The notes under the pieces were generated by a model. The model saw only the letters and a program-made list of their open reading frames with translations, was not told where the DNA came from and searched no databases. The position numbers and the translations under genes were made by a program. This document shows, in pieces, positions 38,213 to 48,874 of a stretch of 64,000 bases of DNA. Source of the stretch: an uncultured Chloroflexia bacterium. GTDB lineage: Bacteria > Chloroflexota > Limnocylindria > Limnocylindrales > CSP1-4. Every line of letters starts with the position of its first letter. Within the stretch, counting starts at the first letter, position 1. The stretch spans positions 35,662 through 99,661 of the forward strand of contig CAWABV010000004.1 in the NCBI GenBank assembly GCA_963780375.1. Direction: 5' to 3'.

Positions 38213-41200
38213 TCATGAGGGTTGGACCTCGACCGGGACCGACTGCGTGTAGAGCACCCGACCGAAGTACATGATCTTGATGAGCGCCCACCAGGAGCCG
38301 GCCGGGGAATCCATCGGCGGCGCGACGGTGAATTCGACGAGCGTCTCCTCGCCGTCGCCGACCACGAACCCCTGCGTCCAAGGGTGGATGTATGCCCAGG
38401 TATCGTGCGGGCTGATGATCTGCGCCTCCCCGCGAATCTCGCTGGCGACGCAGTTCCGCAGTGACAGTCGTAGGCTCGCGCGCTTTCCGGGCGCCACGGC
38501 GATGGCTCGATCGAGCACCTCGACACGCAACTCCTCGATGTGCGGATCGTCGTGGTCGTGCCGGAAGGTCCGGCGATCGCTCTCGATCGTCGCGGTCGCA
38601 AGGGCCCGTTCGACAGCGGCCGCGAGCGACCCAGACCGCTCCCCGGTCGTGGTCGTCTCCGATCCCGAGCCCGCTCGGACGTCGATGGCCACGACGTCCT
38701 CGTGGGTCTGTCCGCCATCGGCGATCCGGGCGGCGACGAAGTAGCGGCCAGGCGGCGCGTCGCCCGGCGACACCTGGACGTCCAACGCCATGTGCCCCCC
38801 CGGCTCGAGTCGGTATGCCCGCTCCGAAGGAGTGACCTGCCACCCGGCGGGGACGATGATCTCGACCGAGCCCTCGACTGCCGCATCGGTCCGCTCGGAC
38901 GCGACGGAGATCGGCAGCTGGAACGGGCCGCTCACCGTCAGCCGGGCCGGCCGGATCTGGACGCTGACCGGCTGGTAGCCGATCGGGGCGGGGCCTTTGT
39001 TGTGCAGCCAGTAGTCGGCGAAGACCGGCTGGACGGGCTCTGTCCGCGTGGCCCGACCCGCCGTCTCGTCGACCGCCGGATCCGCGCTCTCGAACCGCGC
39101 TCGAAGCGTGATGATCTGGAACGGCTCGATCGACAATCGGATGGCACCATCGTCGACGTCGACCGGACGGGGTGAATCCTCGAGCAAGTCTGTCAGCTCG
39201 GCGCTCGCGAACGGCCGAAATGCTCGCACGATGACCTCGCCCGGCTCACCCGATGACTCGTACAGCCGCATCACCATCGGGTTTCCGACACCTGCCCCGA
39301 CACCCGCTTGGTGCGCGAACGGCTCGCCTGCCGGCTTCAGCACCGACAGCACGACCGATGAGGGCTCGACGCGAACGGCGCTGGTCGTCGCCGGCAGCTC
39401 GCCGGGATGGGCCTCCAGGACCCTGGCGATCAGCGGGTTGTTGAACTCGTGGCCGATCCTGACGGTCTCCGCGGAGCGCCAGTCGCCGGCCGCGGACGTC
39501 AGTGCGTACTCGAACGTATGGCTCCAATGCTGGAACTGGAAGTTGGAGCCATCGGGCGCCGAGCGCTGCGGGGGATCGATCCAGACACCGGACGGCCAAC
39601 CGCTGCACGAGCGCAGCAGCGACAGGTAGAGGTTGCCGCCGCGCTCGACGTTGAACCCCGGAAGCCCGCGGTTGAGGACGGCGACCGTGTAATCCTCCAC
39701 CTCGCCCGTCCCATGGAGGCCGCGCGGCTGGATCACCTCGATGACGGCGTCGTCGAGATCATCCGCCAGAGCCTCGATAGCCCCGACCACGATCAGGACT
39801 GGAAGATCGCGGTCGCCCCGGAGGTCCTGGAATCCTTCCGTGCGTGCCGCCTCGGGCGCGGCCGGGATCCACACCCGCGCCCTGCCACCGGCGCCGATCT
39901 GCCGCTCCAGCTCATCCCGGTAGTCGGAGCCGGACGCCTCCAGCAACTCGGCGACGAAGCGGTTGTCGGATGGGCCGCCGATCGCGATCCGGACGTCGGG
40001 CAGGTTCGAGTCGATATACATGACGCCATAGCGATGGCCGTCGTGGCGGGTGACGGTGGACGTGACGCCCTTGCGGACGAGAGCGATCGAAAGGCGCCGG
40101 ACATCATCGTCGAGTGAGGGATCATCGGGGACGATCACTTCGGCGATGCCGATCGCCTGGGAGGCGTACGGCTTCTCTCCCTCGTGCTCTGCGAGGGCGA
40201 CACGAGCGGTCGCGCCCAGGGCGAACCAGTCGTAGGCTGGGTTATCGAGCGTGAAGGGGACCTCGCCCACGTCCACGTTCGGCGTCCCGAAGCCACGACC
40301 CACGACTGCGTTGCCGACCTCCGAGACCGGCGCGCCGCCGTCGACCGTGACCGGGAAGCGAACCCTGAACAACCGATCCTGGCCGGCGTAATCGTGCAAT
40401 CTGGTCGTGAGATCCACGCGGGGAACGCCGAGCCATAGCGAGATCTCCTGCTCGAGCCGGCAGCCCTGGAACGGGCGCTCGACGAGGACGCGCTGGCCGA
40501 TGGGCGAGGCTTCGACCCGGACGCTCGCCGGTCCCTCCGCAGACCCGAGCGCGCGTCCGTCCGGCGTCAGATGCCACGGTCCCTCCCCGAAGATCGGGTG
40601 ATTCGGGTATTCGCGGTACTCGACCAGTTCGTTCGCTGCGCCACCCGGCGCGATGATCTCCTTATCGGTCTCTTTGTCGACCAGGCTCACGACCGCACCG
40701 CCACGTCGAGGATCGACCCGCGCCACATAGGTCTCGTTCTCGATCGCATGCCCGTCGATCACCCGCCACCCCACATCATCGGCGCTGCCGTGGGCCGCCC
40801 CGCCGAGGAGGCGATACGTGCGGTACCCGACCGCCGGCACGTCCGTCGCGATGAACGAGAGCCGCCCGGCCTCCACGACGACCGGCACGTGCGCGCCCGT
40901 GTCGTCGACGAGGCTCAGCAGGTCCGCGGGTTCGGCTAGCCCCACGTGGACGACATCGGTGCGGGGCCACGACAACGGATTGAAGACTGTGACCGCCCGT
41001 CCATCGCCAAAGGTGTCTATCCGCGCGCCCAGATGGTCGAGGGCATCGTCGAGCGCGCTCTGAGCGAGCTCGGCCGCCTCCCGCCAGCCGCCCATGAGAT
41101 CGAGGTAGACCTGATCCGATTCCGAGCCGGTGATCCCGTCGTGGTGCGCGCCATAGAGCAGCTGACGCCACGCTTTGTCCGTCGCTTCGCTCGGGAAGCG

Positions 41201-42574
41201 CGCTCCAAGCTGGCTCGCGACCGTCGCGAACTTCTCGGCGCTCAGCAGGGTGTTCTCGGCGAGCCGCTGCGCCTGTTTGGTGTCGATGAACGACACGTCC
41301 TTGCCCGAGTAGATCGGGTTCATATCCCGTGTCTGAGGGGAGAACCGACGTCCCCGGGTGGCCATCTCGGCCCGGACCGCGTCGAAGAAGTCGCGCGGGA
41401 TCGCGCTCTGGAGCCGCGGCCAGACGTAGCGCGCGTTCCAGGCTCGCTCGATAGCGGTCTGCCAGCGGTTCGGCGGCGAGTAGTCGGTGCCCGTCGGCAG
41501 CATCACATTTCGCGTCGCGGCCAGCGTCGCGAGCTCGGTGAACAGCCGATGGACCTCCGCCATCGCCACTTCGAGCGTCGGCGATGACTCGAGCCACCAG
41601 CCGGCTGAGTAATGGTCGGCCATGAAGGCCGTCAGCAGCGCCCGCCCGCTCGGCGCGACCCAGTCGAACTCACTCGGGAACTGCATCTGCGGCACGTCGG
41701 GGGCGGCCATCTGGGCGATCCCCATCCGCATGGGCCCGCGCACCCAGTTGGGACCCCACTCGTGGAACGGGCCGCGCGCCCACGAGCTCGACGTGATCGA
41801 CGCGTCGGCCATGATCCCCGGGAATTGCGGGTCGTGGCCGAACGCGTCCAATTGCCACGCCGTCGCGGGCGCGCCGCCGAGCACGTCGCGTTGATAGCCG
41901 ACCCCATAGATCGCGTTGCGGATCGTCGATTCCGCGCTGGTCAGGTTGGTGTTCGGCTCGTTATAGGTCCCGCCGACCAGCTCCAACCGCCCCTCGGTCA
42001 GCAACCGCCGGATGTACTCCCGGTCTTCCGGGTAGACGTTCCAGTACGGCTTGAGGTAGTCGAGCTCCGCGAGCACGAACTTGTAGTCCGGGTCCCGGCG
42101 GGCCATCTCGAGGTGCGCCTTGACCAGCGCAAGGCCTGGCTCCTGGAAGGGGAACCGGAATCGGATGGCCGTCGCCCACGACTCGGTGTAGGCCGCCTGC
42201 GTGTTCCACCACACCGGGTCGTAGTGGAAGTGGGCGATCATGAACAGGCGCCAGCCGGGCTCGGCCACCTCGACATCGAAGGCGAGGCGTGCTGACCTGC
42301 CGGCGCCCTCGACGACGACCTCGGCGGCGACGGAGTCGCCCGGCGTCACCGCGGCGTCGACGACGACCCCGATCTCGAGGGCGGCCTGATCACCGGCTTG
42401 CAGCGGGCCCACCGATACCGCTGATCCACTCCGAACCTGATCCCCCTCGACGCGGACCCGGGCCGGCTCGGCTTCGTCCCCGTCCTCTGCCACGACCGTG
42501 ACGCGGACGACCTGGCGGGGCTCGTCCTCCGACCCGATGAACAGATTGGTCGCGGCGGCGCCGAGGATCTCCAC
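38213..42574 (-). CDS. GH38 alpha-mannosidase with a C-terminal NEW3-like domain (Rv0648-like)
   Basis: HFHYDPVWW, WQLDAFGH (nucleophile), HHDGITG; 1453 aa. Confidence 0.9.
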   Translation of the reverse strand: MEILGAAATNLFIGSEDEPRQVVRVTVVAEDGDEAEPARVRVEGDQVRSGSAVSVGPLQAGDQAALEIGVVVDAAVTPGDSVAAEVVVEGAGRSARLAFDVEVAEPGWRLFMIAHFHYDPVWWNTQAAYTESWATAIRFRFPFQEPGLALVKAHLEMARRDPDYKFVLAELDYLKPYWNVYPEDREYIRRLLTEGRLELVGGTYNEPNTNLTSAESTIRNAIYGVGYQRDVLGGAPATAWQLDAFGHDPQFPGIMADASITSSSWARGPFHEWGPNWVRGPMRMGIAQMAAPDVPQMQFPSEFDWVAPSGRALLTAFMADHYSAGWWLESSPTLEVAMAEVHRLFTELATLAATRNVMLPTGTDYSPPNRWQTAIERAWNARYVWPRLQSAIPRDFFDAVRAEMATRGRRFSPQTRDMNPIYSGKDVSFIDTKQAQRLAENTLLSAEKFATVASQLGARFPSEATDKAWRQLLYGAHHDGITGSESDQVYLDLMGGWREAAELAQSALDDALDHLGARIDTFGDGRAVTVFNPLSWPRTDVVHVGLAEPADLLSLVDDTGAHVPVVVEAGRLSFIATDVPAVGYRTYRLLGGAAHGSADDVGWRVIDGHAIENETYVARVDPRRGGAVVSLVDKETDKEIIAPGGAANELVEYREYPNHPIFGEGPWHLTPDGRALGSAEGPASVRVEASPIGQRVLVERPFQGCRLEQEISLWLGVPRVDLTTRLHDYAGQDRLFRVRFPVTVDGGAPVSEVGNAVVGRGFGTPNVDVGEVPFTLDNPAYDWFALGATARVALAEHEGEKPYASQAIGIAEVIVPDDPSLDDDVRRLSIALVRKGVTSTVTRHDGHRYGVMYIDSNLPDVRIAIGGPSDNRFVAELLEASGSDYRDELERQIGAGGRARVWIPAAPEAARTEGFQDLRGDRDLPVLIVVGAIEALADDLDDAVIEVIQPRGLHGTGEVEDYTVAVLNRGLPGFNVERGGNLYLSLLRSCSGWPSGVWIDPPQRSAPDGSNFQFQHWSHTFEYALTSAAGDWRSAETVRIGHEFNNPLIARVLEAHPGELPATTSAVRVEPSSVVLSVLKPAGEPFAHQAGVGAGVGNPMVMRLYESSGEPGEVIVRAFRPFASAELTDLLEDSPRPVDVDDGAIRLSIEPFQIITLRARFESADPAVDETAGRATRTEPVQPVFADYWLHNKGPAPIGYQPVSVQIRPARLTVSGPFQLPISVASERTDAAVEGSVEIIVPAGWQVTPSERAYRLEPGGHMALDVQVSPGDAPPGRYFVAARIADGGQTHEDVVAIDVRAGSGSETTTTGERSGSLAAAVERALATATIESDRRTFRHDHDDPHIEELRVEVLDRAIAVAPGKRASLRLSLRNCVASEIRGEAQIISPHDTWAYIHPWTQGFVVGDGEETLVEFTVAPPMDSPAGSWWALIKIMYFGRVLYTQSVPVEVQPS

Positions 42575-42580
42575 TGTCGG

Positions 42581-43501
42581 TTACCGGGCCTCGCCGGACA
42601 TGACGGCGACGGCCTCTGCGCTGACGGTGTCGCGCCACGAGTGGGCTGGCTCGTACCCGAGCATCTGCCGAGCCTTGCCGATGGCGAGGAGCGTGTCGTG
42701 GTCATCGATCGCGCCCCGCACCGGCACGGACGGGAAGCACGCGCTGAGCAGCTCGGTATCGGGTCGGGCGGCGTTCGTGTCTGCGGCCGCGATGATGCAC
42801 ACCTCGGCCCCCGATATCGGTGCCGTCAGGCTGAGTCGGCAGGCCTGCGCCACGTCCCGCGCATCCACGTATCCCCATACGTTCCACTCGCCGGTGTGGG
42901 GGTCGTCCCACGTGCTCGGGAAGTCGTCGTATTCCGCGGGCTCGCGGATCGCGGAGAAGCGCAGGCCGATGAAGGGCATCCCGCTCCACCTCGCGAACTG
43001 GGCCGCCATCTCCTCGCCGACGACCTTCGAGAGCGAGTAGCTCGAGTGGGGCCGCAGCGGATGTCCCTCGTCGATCGGGACGTACTCCGGCTCAGGGGCA
43101 TGGCCCGGCGCTGCCGTGGCATCCAGCAGGTTGCGCGCATGACGGGTGCCGAACGGGAGGCCCAAGACGGTCTCACTCGACGCCCAGACCACGCGCTCCA
43201 GTCCCAACTGCGTCGCCGCACTGAACACGTTGTAGGTGGTGAGTGTGTTGATCTCGAACGTCTCGCCGACGGTGCGGATGCCGGGCGCCGGGATGGCCGC
43301 GAGGTGCACGACCGTATCGGCCCCGCGCAGGGCTTCGATCGCCTCACCCAGGTCGGTCAGATCCGCGCGGAGATAGCGTCCGACCGGCTCATGGGGCGGG
43401 ACCACGTCCACATTCAGCACGTCGTGGCCCCCCGCCACCAGGTCCTGGACCACCGCGCGTCCGGCCTTCCCGCTACCACCCGTCACGACCACCGATGCCA
43501 T
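42581..43501 (-). CDS. NAD-dependent epimerase/dehydratase (extended SDR)
   Basis: TGGSGKAG, HLAAIP, WASS, YSLSK. Confidence 0.9.
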   Translation of the reverse strand: MASVVVTGGSGKAGRAVVQDLVAGGHDVLNVDVVPPHEPVGRYLRADLTDLGEAIEALRGADTVVHLAAIPAPGIRTVGETFEINTLTTYNVFSAATQLGLERVVWASSETVLGLPFGTRHARNLLDATAAPGHAPEPEYVPIDEGHPLRPHSSYSLSKVVGEEMAAQFARWSGMPFIGLRFSAIREPAEYDDFPSTWDDPHTGEWNVWGYVDARDVAQACRLSLTAPISGAEVCIIAAADTNAARPDTELLSACFPSVPVRGAIDDHDTLLAIGKARQMLGYEPAHSWRDTVSAEAVAVMSGEAR

Positions 43502-43512
43502 CGCCTCGTGCC

Positions 43513-44001
43513 TCAGTGCCGGTGGTTGGGGAAGCCGTACCGCGGATCGGCCGGATGCTCGTATCGCGGCTCCACGACCGCGAGCTCATGGCGCCGCGCC
43601 TCGAGCCAGACGTCGAACGCTCGGACGCGCGCGGCGAGCAGGAGGTCCTGCTCGATCGTCGCGCGCGCGTCCTCGAACGCGACGACGTTCGCGGCATGGC
43701 GGTAGAGGTCGGGGTTGCGGTCGTAGTAAGCGCGAACCTCGTCGTCGGAGACCACGACATCGTGCGTGACCGCGAGGACGAGCTGCGAGACCTCGGAGAA
43801 ACCACGCGCCCGGATCTCGTGGGCGACGATCGATTCCGTGACCAGCTCCCGGACGATCCACCGGCACAGCTCCAGGTACCCGGGACCCTCGGACGGCGGC
43901 ATCTGACGCCCGCGTGGCCCCAGCCGCATCCGAGCGATCCGCTCCTCCAGGGCGCCGACGGTGATGGGCTGCCCAGCGACCGTCGCGACGTGAAGGATCA
44001 A
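43513..44001 (-). CDS. Rv0649-like small protein with a SurA/PrsA N-domain-like region
   Basis: VATVAGQPITV, VSDDEVRAYYDRNPD, C-terminal YEHPADP...HRH. Confidence 0.6.
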   Translation of the reverse strand: MILHVATVAGQPITVGALEERIARMRLGPRGRQMPPSEGPGYLELCRWIVRELVTESIVAHEIRARGFSEVSQLVLAVTHDVVVSDDEVRAYYDRNPDLYRHAANVVAFEDARATIEQDLLLAARVRAFDVWLEARRHELAVVEPRYEHPADPRYGFPNHRH

Positions 44002-44912
44002 CCCTTCACCCCGCCGACCGTGACCCCCTCGACGAAGAACCGCTGCGCGACGATGAAGATCACCACGACCGGAAGGACCACCAGGGTCGTCGCGGCCATC
44101 AGCAGGTTGTAGCTGACGTCGTGCTCGCCGGTGAAGAACGCCAGCCCCACCGCCAGCGGGTACTTCGACTGGTCGTGCAGGTAGAGGAGCGGCAGCAGAA
44201 ACTCGTTCCAGGCCCCGACGGCGGCGAAGATGGCGACCACCGTGACGGCCGGCTTGGTGAGCGGCAGGATGACCTTCCAGAAGGCCTGGAACTCGCTCGC
44301 GCCGTCCACACGAGCGGCGTCGGACAGCTCGTGCGGGATCGACAGCATGAACTGGCGGATGAGGAAGATATAGAACGGGTTACCGAAGAACGCCGGCACG
44401 ATCAGCGGCAGGAACGTGTTGACCCAGGAATCCGAGCCCTGGATCCCGAACGACGGCAGCCTCCCGAAGATGTCGAACAGGGCGACCAGGATCACCGGAT
44501 AGGGCAGGAAGATCGTCGCCAGGCAGATGTAGAAGACCTGTTCCCGGCCGCGCCAATCGATCCGCGAGAACCCGTACGCGATAAGCGTGTTCGACAGCAC
44601 GGAGCCGATCGTGATCCCTAATGTGATGATCACGGAGTTGAGGGCGAACAGGAAGAACGGGATGAAGCTGACCGCATCTGGGAAGTTCTGCCAGACGAAC
44701 GTTTCTGGGATCAGCGTGGGTGGGACCCGCGTCCCTTCGTGGGGCGACTTCAGCGCGCTGACCACCATCCAGTAGAAGGGCACGATGAAGACGAGGGCGA
44801 ACAGGATCGCCACGACCCGCGGCAGGACCGACCCGGTGAGGAAGCGGGATGACCGGCGCTTGCGCCCTGTGACCGCACGAGCGATCGGCTGCGTAGCGTT
44901 GAGGTCCGTCAT
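43998..44912 (-). CDS. Carbohydrate ABC transporter permease (MalG-like)
   Basis: ELSDAARVDGAS EAA loop; WNEFLLPL. Confidence 0.93.
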   Translation of the reverse strand: MTDLNATQPIARAVTGRKRRSSRFLTGSVLPRVVAILFALVFIVPFYWMVVSALKSPHEGTRVPPTLIPETFVWQNFPDAVSFIPFFLFALNSVIITLGITIGSVLSNTLIAYGFSRIDWRGREQVFYICLATIFLPYPVILVALFDIFGRLPSFGIQGSDSWVNTFLPLIVPAFFGNPFYIFLIRQFMLSIPHELSDAARVDGASEFQAFWKVILPLTKPAVTVVAIFAAVGAWNEFLLPLLYLHDQSKYPLAVGLAFFTGEHDVSYNLLMAATTLVVLPVVVIFIVAQRFFVEGVTVGGVKG

Positions 44913-45859
44913 CTGATGGCCTCGTAGTAGACCCAGCCCCGGGCCCACCGAAAGACGATGACCGCCAGGATCAGGCTTATGGCGAACAGCACGACGGACA
45001 CTGCGGCCGCGTAGCCCATCTGGCCGAACTGGAATGCCTGCCGGTAGATGAAGTAGACGATCGTCAGCAGCGAGTTGTCGGGTCCTGCCGCTCGCTCACC
45101 CCCACCGGTCAGGATGAACGCGGGGGTGAAGATCTGGAGTCCCAATGACAGCCCGATGATCAGGTCGTAGAGGATCACCGGCGTCATCAGCGGCAGGGTG
45201 ATGTTGAAGAACTTGCGGATCGGTCCGGCTCCATCGATCGAAGCGGCTTCGTACAGCTCGAACGGGATGCCTTTGAGACCCGCCAGGAAGATCAACGCGT
45301 ACTGACCGGCACCCAGCTGGGCGATCATCACCAGGGCGAGCTTGGTGTACGCCGGATCGCCCATCCAGTTCGGGGACCGCGATCCGACGCTCGTAAGTAC
45401 GTAATTCAACAACCCGTAGCCCGGGTTCAGGAACACGACGAAGATGAAGGAGATCGCGAAGACCGGGAGGATCGAGGGGAGGTAGTAGATCGCCCGGTAG
45501 ATGGAAACCTCCCTGATCTTCTGGTTCATCACAAGCGCCAGCGTCATGGCCACGATGACACCGAGCGGGACAGCGAGGGCCGTGTAGTAGAGCGTGTTGG
45601 AGACGGCCTTCCAGAAGAGCGGGTCGGCGGCCATGCGCTGGTAGTTCCCGGCCCCGATCGGGATCGGCTCCCTGAGACCCGAGTAGCGCGTCAGGCTCAA
45701 GAAGAACGTATAGAAGATCGGGAAGACCCCGAGGACCAAGAAACCGAACAGCCAGGGGCTGATGAACAACAAGCCCATGCGCAGGTTGCGACGCTCGAGC
45801 GGGCCCATCCGGTGGCGACCGACTCGTGCGCGTGGGACGGCCGGGGAGGCTTCGGACAT
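44909..45859 (-). CDS. Carbohydrate ABC transporter permease (MalF-like)
   Basis: ELYEAASIDGA; GYAAA. Confidence 0.93.
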   Translation of the reverse strand: MSEASPAVPRARVGRHRMGPLERRNLRMGLLFISPWLFGFLVLGVFPIFYTFFLSLTRYSGLREPIPIGAGNYQRMAADPLFWKAVSNTLYYTALAVPLGVIVAMTLALVMNQKIREVSIYRAIYYLPSILPVFAISFIFVVFLNPGYGLLNYVLTSVGSRSPNWMGDPAYTKLALVMIAQLGAGQYALIFLAGLKGIPFELYEAASIDGAGPIRKFFNITLPLMTPVILYDLIIGLSLGLQIFTPAFILTGGGERAAGPDNSLLTIVYFIYRQAFQFGQMGYAAAVSVVLFAISLILAVIVFRWARGWVYYEAIR

Positions 45860-45892
45860 CTAGCCGCTTACTGGCAACTCGTCGATTGAGCA

Positions 45893-45925
45893 AGTCGCGG
45901 GGACCGATCGCCGATCCCCGCGACT
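45893..45925. other. Intercistronic stem-loop after the substrate-binding gene
   Basis: AGTCGCGGGGA / TCCCCGCGACT inverted repeat. Confidence 0.55.
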
Positions 45926-45941
45926 CGCGATGCTCCCAGTG

Positions 45942-47378
45942 TCAGCAGCCGACCGCGTCGAGCTGCGGTTGGACCTCGTCCGCGGCCTCCTGCAAGGCGG
46001 CCATCGGCTCCTTGGTGTTGAGCTCGACCGAGCCCTGGGCAGACGTCAACGCGTCCCAGTAGGTGGCTCCAACGGCGAGCGGCGGCCTGTTCGTCGCGAC
46101 GTCGAGGAAGTCGAGGAACGTCTTGTGCTGCTCGTCGTACAGCGAGGCGTCCGTAAGCAGCGCTTTCAGCGTCGGCAGGTGCTTGGTCTCCTTCGTGTAC
46201 ACCGCCTGGCCTTCCGGCCCGGCGAAGTACTGCATGAACTTCCAGGCCTGGTCCGGGGCCTTGGAGTCGGGGATGAGCGCGACGGACCAACCGCCGGCCC
46301 ACGTGGCGCTCTGGTCGCCTTCCTTGGGAACCGGGATGTAGGTAAAGCCGTATTTCGTGTCCGGCGCGTACTTGGCCATCTCATCGATGCGCCAGTCGCC
46401 GGTGACGACCATCCCCAGCTTGCCGGTCGTGAACGCGTTCTGCTGGGCCGGGTTGGTCGGGTCCGGCATGTTTGTGCTGACGAAGCGCGTGATCTTCTCC
46501 GGATCGCGCTTCTTTGCGAAGTCGTAGAGGAACTGGAAGCCCGCCACGACACCCGGATCGGTCGGTGTGACCTTGCACGCGGCCGTGTCGGCGAATTTGC
46601 CGCCGTACGCGAAGCCCCAGGTGTAGTGCCAGCCCTGGTCCAGGGCACCAGGCTGACCGCCCGGTCCGGGCCCACCCGGGATCCAGCCCATGGTCTCGTA
46701 ATTACCGCTCGCGTCTTCCTTGGTGATCTTGTCCGCGATCGCCAGGACCTCGTCGATGGTCGCCGGGCCATTGGAGATGTCCAGCTTTGCCGGATCCTCG
46801 CCGGCCGCCGTGATCAGGTCCTTGTTGTAGTAGAGCGCCCGCGCGTCCGTGTCGAACGGCAGCGCGAACGTCTTGCCCTGGAACTGTGTCTCGTTCCAGG
46901 CGAAGTCCAGGTACTGGTCCTTGAGAGCGCCCGCTTCCGGGAGCTCGGCGAGGACGCCCTCCGCCGCCCGTTGGGGCACCGTGAAGCGGTCCGCAAGGTA
47001 CACGTCCGGCGCCGCGCCACCCCTGATCGACGTCAGCAGCTTGGCGATGTTCGTCTCCGTGCCGGGGACGATCGTCATCTTCACGCAGATGTCGGGATTG
47101 GCCTGGTTGAATGACTCGACCATCTTGGCCATGGTGTCCGAGGCGGGTGGCGTGTGCTCGGTCCAGAACTTGACCTCGGTCGCGCCTGCCTGGCAGGAAG
47201 CACCCGTTACGGCTGATCCTTCTGGGCTCGCGCCCGCCGATCCACTCGCGCTCGCCGCAGGGCTCTCGCCGCCGGAGGGGCTCGCGGCCGGGCTCGCCGC
47301 GCTGGGCGCGCACGCACCAAGTGCGAGGACGAACACCAGCGTGAAAACGAAGGGGGATCGCCTTAGATAGCCACTCAT
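45942..47378 (-). CDS. Sugar ABC transporter substrate-binding lipoprotein
   Basis: LGAC lipobox, APDV, LYYNKDL, FTTGKLGM; GGAGGAG RBS. Confidence 0.93.
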   Translation of the reverse strand: MSGYLRRSPFVFTLVFVLALGACAPSAASPAASPSGGESPAASASGSAGASPEGSAVTGASCQAGATEVKFWTEHTPPASDTMAKMVESFNQANPDICVKMTIVPGTETNIAKLLTSIRGGAAPDVYLADRFTVPQRAAEGVLAELPEAGALKDQYLDFAWNETQFQGKTFALPFDTDARALYYNKDLITAAGEDPAKLDISNGPATIDEVLAIADKITKEDASGNYETMGWIPGGPGPGGQPGALDQGWHYTWGFAYGGKFADTAACKVTPTDPGVVAGFQFLYDFAKKRDPEKITRFVSTNMPDPTNPAQQNAFTTGKLGMVVTGDWRIDEMAKYAPDTKYGFTYIPVPKEGDQSATWAGGWSVALIPDSKAPDQAWKFMQYFAGPEGQAVYTKETKHLPTLKALLTDASLYDEQHKTFLDFLDVATNRPPLAVGATYWDALTSAQGSVELNTKEPMAALQEAADEVQPQLDAVGC

Positions 47379-47605
47379 GTCTCCTCCTCCATAGATCTGC
47401 CGGCGGGCGCGCGGAGCGAGCAGAAGCCGGCGGCCAGGTGCAGGCCCGGACCCTCATGCCACCGCGTGATGCGAGGCATCACGCAGGCACGGGTATCTGC
47501 CCGCATGTCAGTGAGGAACGCTCGCGAGGAGCGTGTGGCGAGGGCCTGGTACGACGACCAACGGCAGCTCCTCCGTGCGGCCCGTCAGGCCGCCGCCTCC
47601 CCGTC

Positions 47606-47621
47606 GACGGTCTAGACCAGA
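47606..47621. promoter_or_regulatory. GntR-type (dre-like) operator upstream of the ABC operon
   Basis: Palindromic core GGTCTAGACC next to a minus-strand TAGTCT -10-like hexamer. Confidence 0.55.
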
Positions 47622-47682
47622 CTAAACCGCAGGAACGTCATCTTGCCCATCCGGCGACCGCGAGTCAAGCCGATCGCGCGCC

Positions 47683-48831
47683 TCAGGCGGGCACCAATTC
47701 GAGTGTCACAGGGCGGACGCTGGACGCGCGGACGACGAGCCGGGTCGGGAGCACGATCCTGGCCACTTCGGAGCGTTTCCCGCCGATCCGTTCGAGCATG
47801 ACCTGCGCTGCGATGCGCCCGATCCGGTCCCGTGGCTGGGCAACGGTCGTGAGCGGCACCGAGAGGGCGCCCGCCATCGGATCATCGTCGAAGCCAGCGA
47901 CGGCGAAGTCGAGCGGCACGCGTCTGCCGAGCGTCCGAGCGGCTTCGAGCACCTCGAGCGCGAGATGGTCATGCAGGGCGAACGCTGCCGTCGCGTCGGA
48001 GCGAGCCAGGAACTGGCGGATGCGTGTGACGTTGTCCTTGTTGGCGACGCGGTAATCGTCGCCCCATGCCTCCCCCACCGGAAGGCGATCGAATCGCAAG
48101 GCAGGATCATCGGCGATGCCCGCCGCCGTCAGCGCCTGCTGGTACCCCTGGAGTCGTTCCGCGACCGACGTCGTCATGAGGTTGTCGGTGGTCACGAACG
48201 CGATGCGCCGATGGCCCTGGTCGAGCAGATGCGTGACGACGGTGAAGGCGCCGCCCACGTTATCGGCGAGCACGGCATCGAAGGCGTGGCCGATCAGGTG
48301 CCGGTCGATGAGGACGATCGGCAGGCCGCCCGCTGCAAGCCTCGCGAAGAGTTCGGGATCCGGGTCGTAGTCGATCGGATAGACGATGAGGCCGCTGACG
48401 CCCTCGTCCACGATCCGTCTGACTCGCCCGGCCTGTTGCTCCCGGCTGGAGCCGTTGCTGCCCGCGAGCATGCTGTAGCCATGGGCGTGCAGCTCGTCCT
48501 CGATCCCGTGCATGACCGCGGGCACGTAGGGCATCGCGACCGAGGGGACGAGGACACCGATCACGCGACGACGGTGCTCGATCTTGACCGGCGCAGGACC
48601 CCGCACGAACGTGCCACGCGACGGGACCACCTCGGTCAGGCCCCGACGCTGGAGCGCGGCGAGCGCCTGGCGGATGGTCCCTCGGCTGACTCCTAGGTCA
48701 CGGACCAGCCGAGCTTCCGAAGGCAGCCGGCTGCCCGCTGGGTATTCGCCGTGCTCGATCGCCGTCGCAAGCTTGTCGGCGATCCGGCGATGCATCGGGA
48801 TGTGCCCGGACGACTCCAAGTCGTCGGTCAT
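47683..48831 (-). CDS. GntR HTH plus LacI-type sugar-binding domain regulator (AraR-like architecture)
   Basis: RLPSEARL...GVSRGTIRQAL; DNVGGA, GHRRIAF, ERLQGY, GFDD, LTTVAQP. Confidence 0.92.
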   Translation of the reverse strand: MTDDLESSGHIPMHRRIADKLATAIEHGEYPAGSRLPSEARLVRDLGVSRGTIRQALAALQRRGLTEVVPSRGTFVRGPAPVKIEHRRRVIGVLVPSVAMPYVPAVMHGIEDELHAHGYSMLAGSNGSSREQQAGRVRRIVDEGVSGLIVYPIDYDPDPELFARLAAGGLPIVLIDRHLIGHAFDAVLADNVGGAFTVVTHLLDQGHRRIAFVTTDNLMTTSVAERLQGYQQALTAAGIADDPALRFDRLPVGEAWGDDYRVANKDNVTRIRQFLARSDATAAFALHDHLALEVLEAARTLGRRVPLDFAVAGFDDDPMAGALSVPLTTVAQPRDRIGRIAAQVMLERIGGKRSEVARIVLPTRLVVRASSVRPVTLELVPA

Positions 48832-48874
48832 GTCGGTCCGCCCCCTCGCGTCCCTGCGTTCGTTCCCTGCCGAT

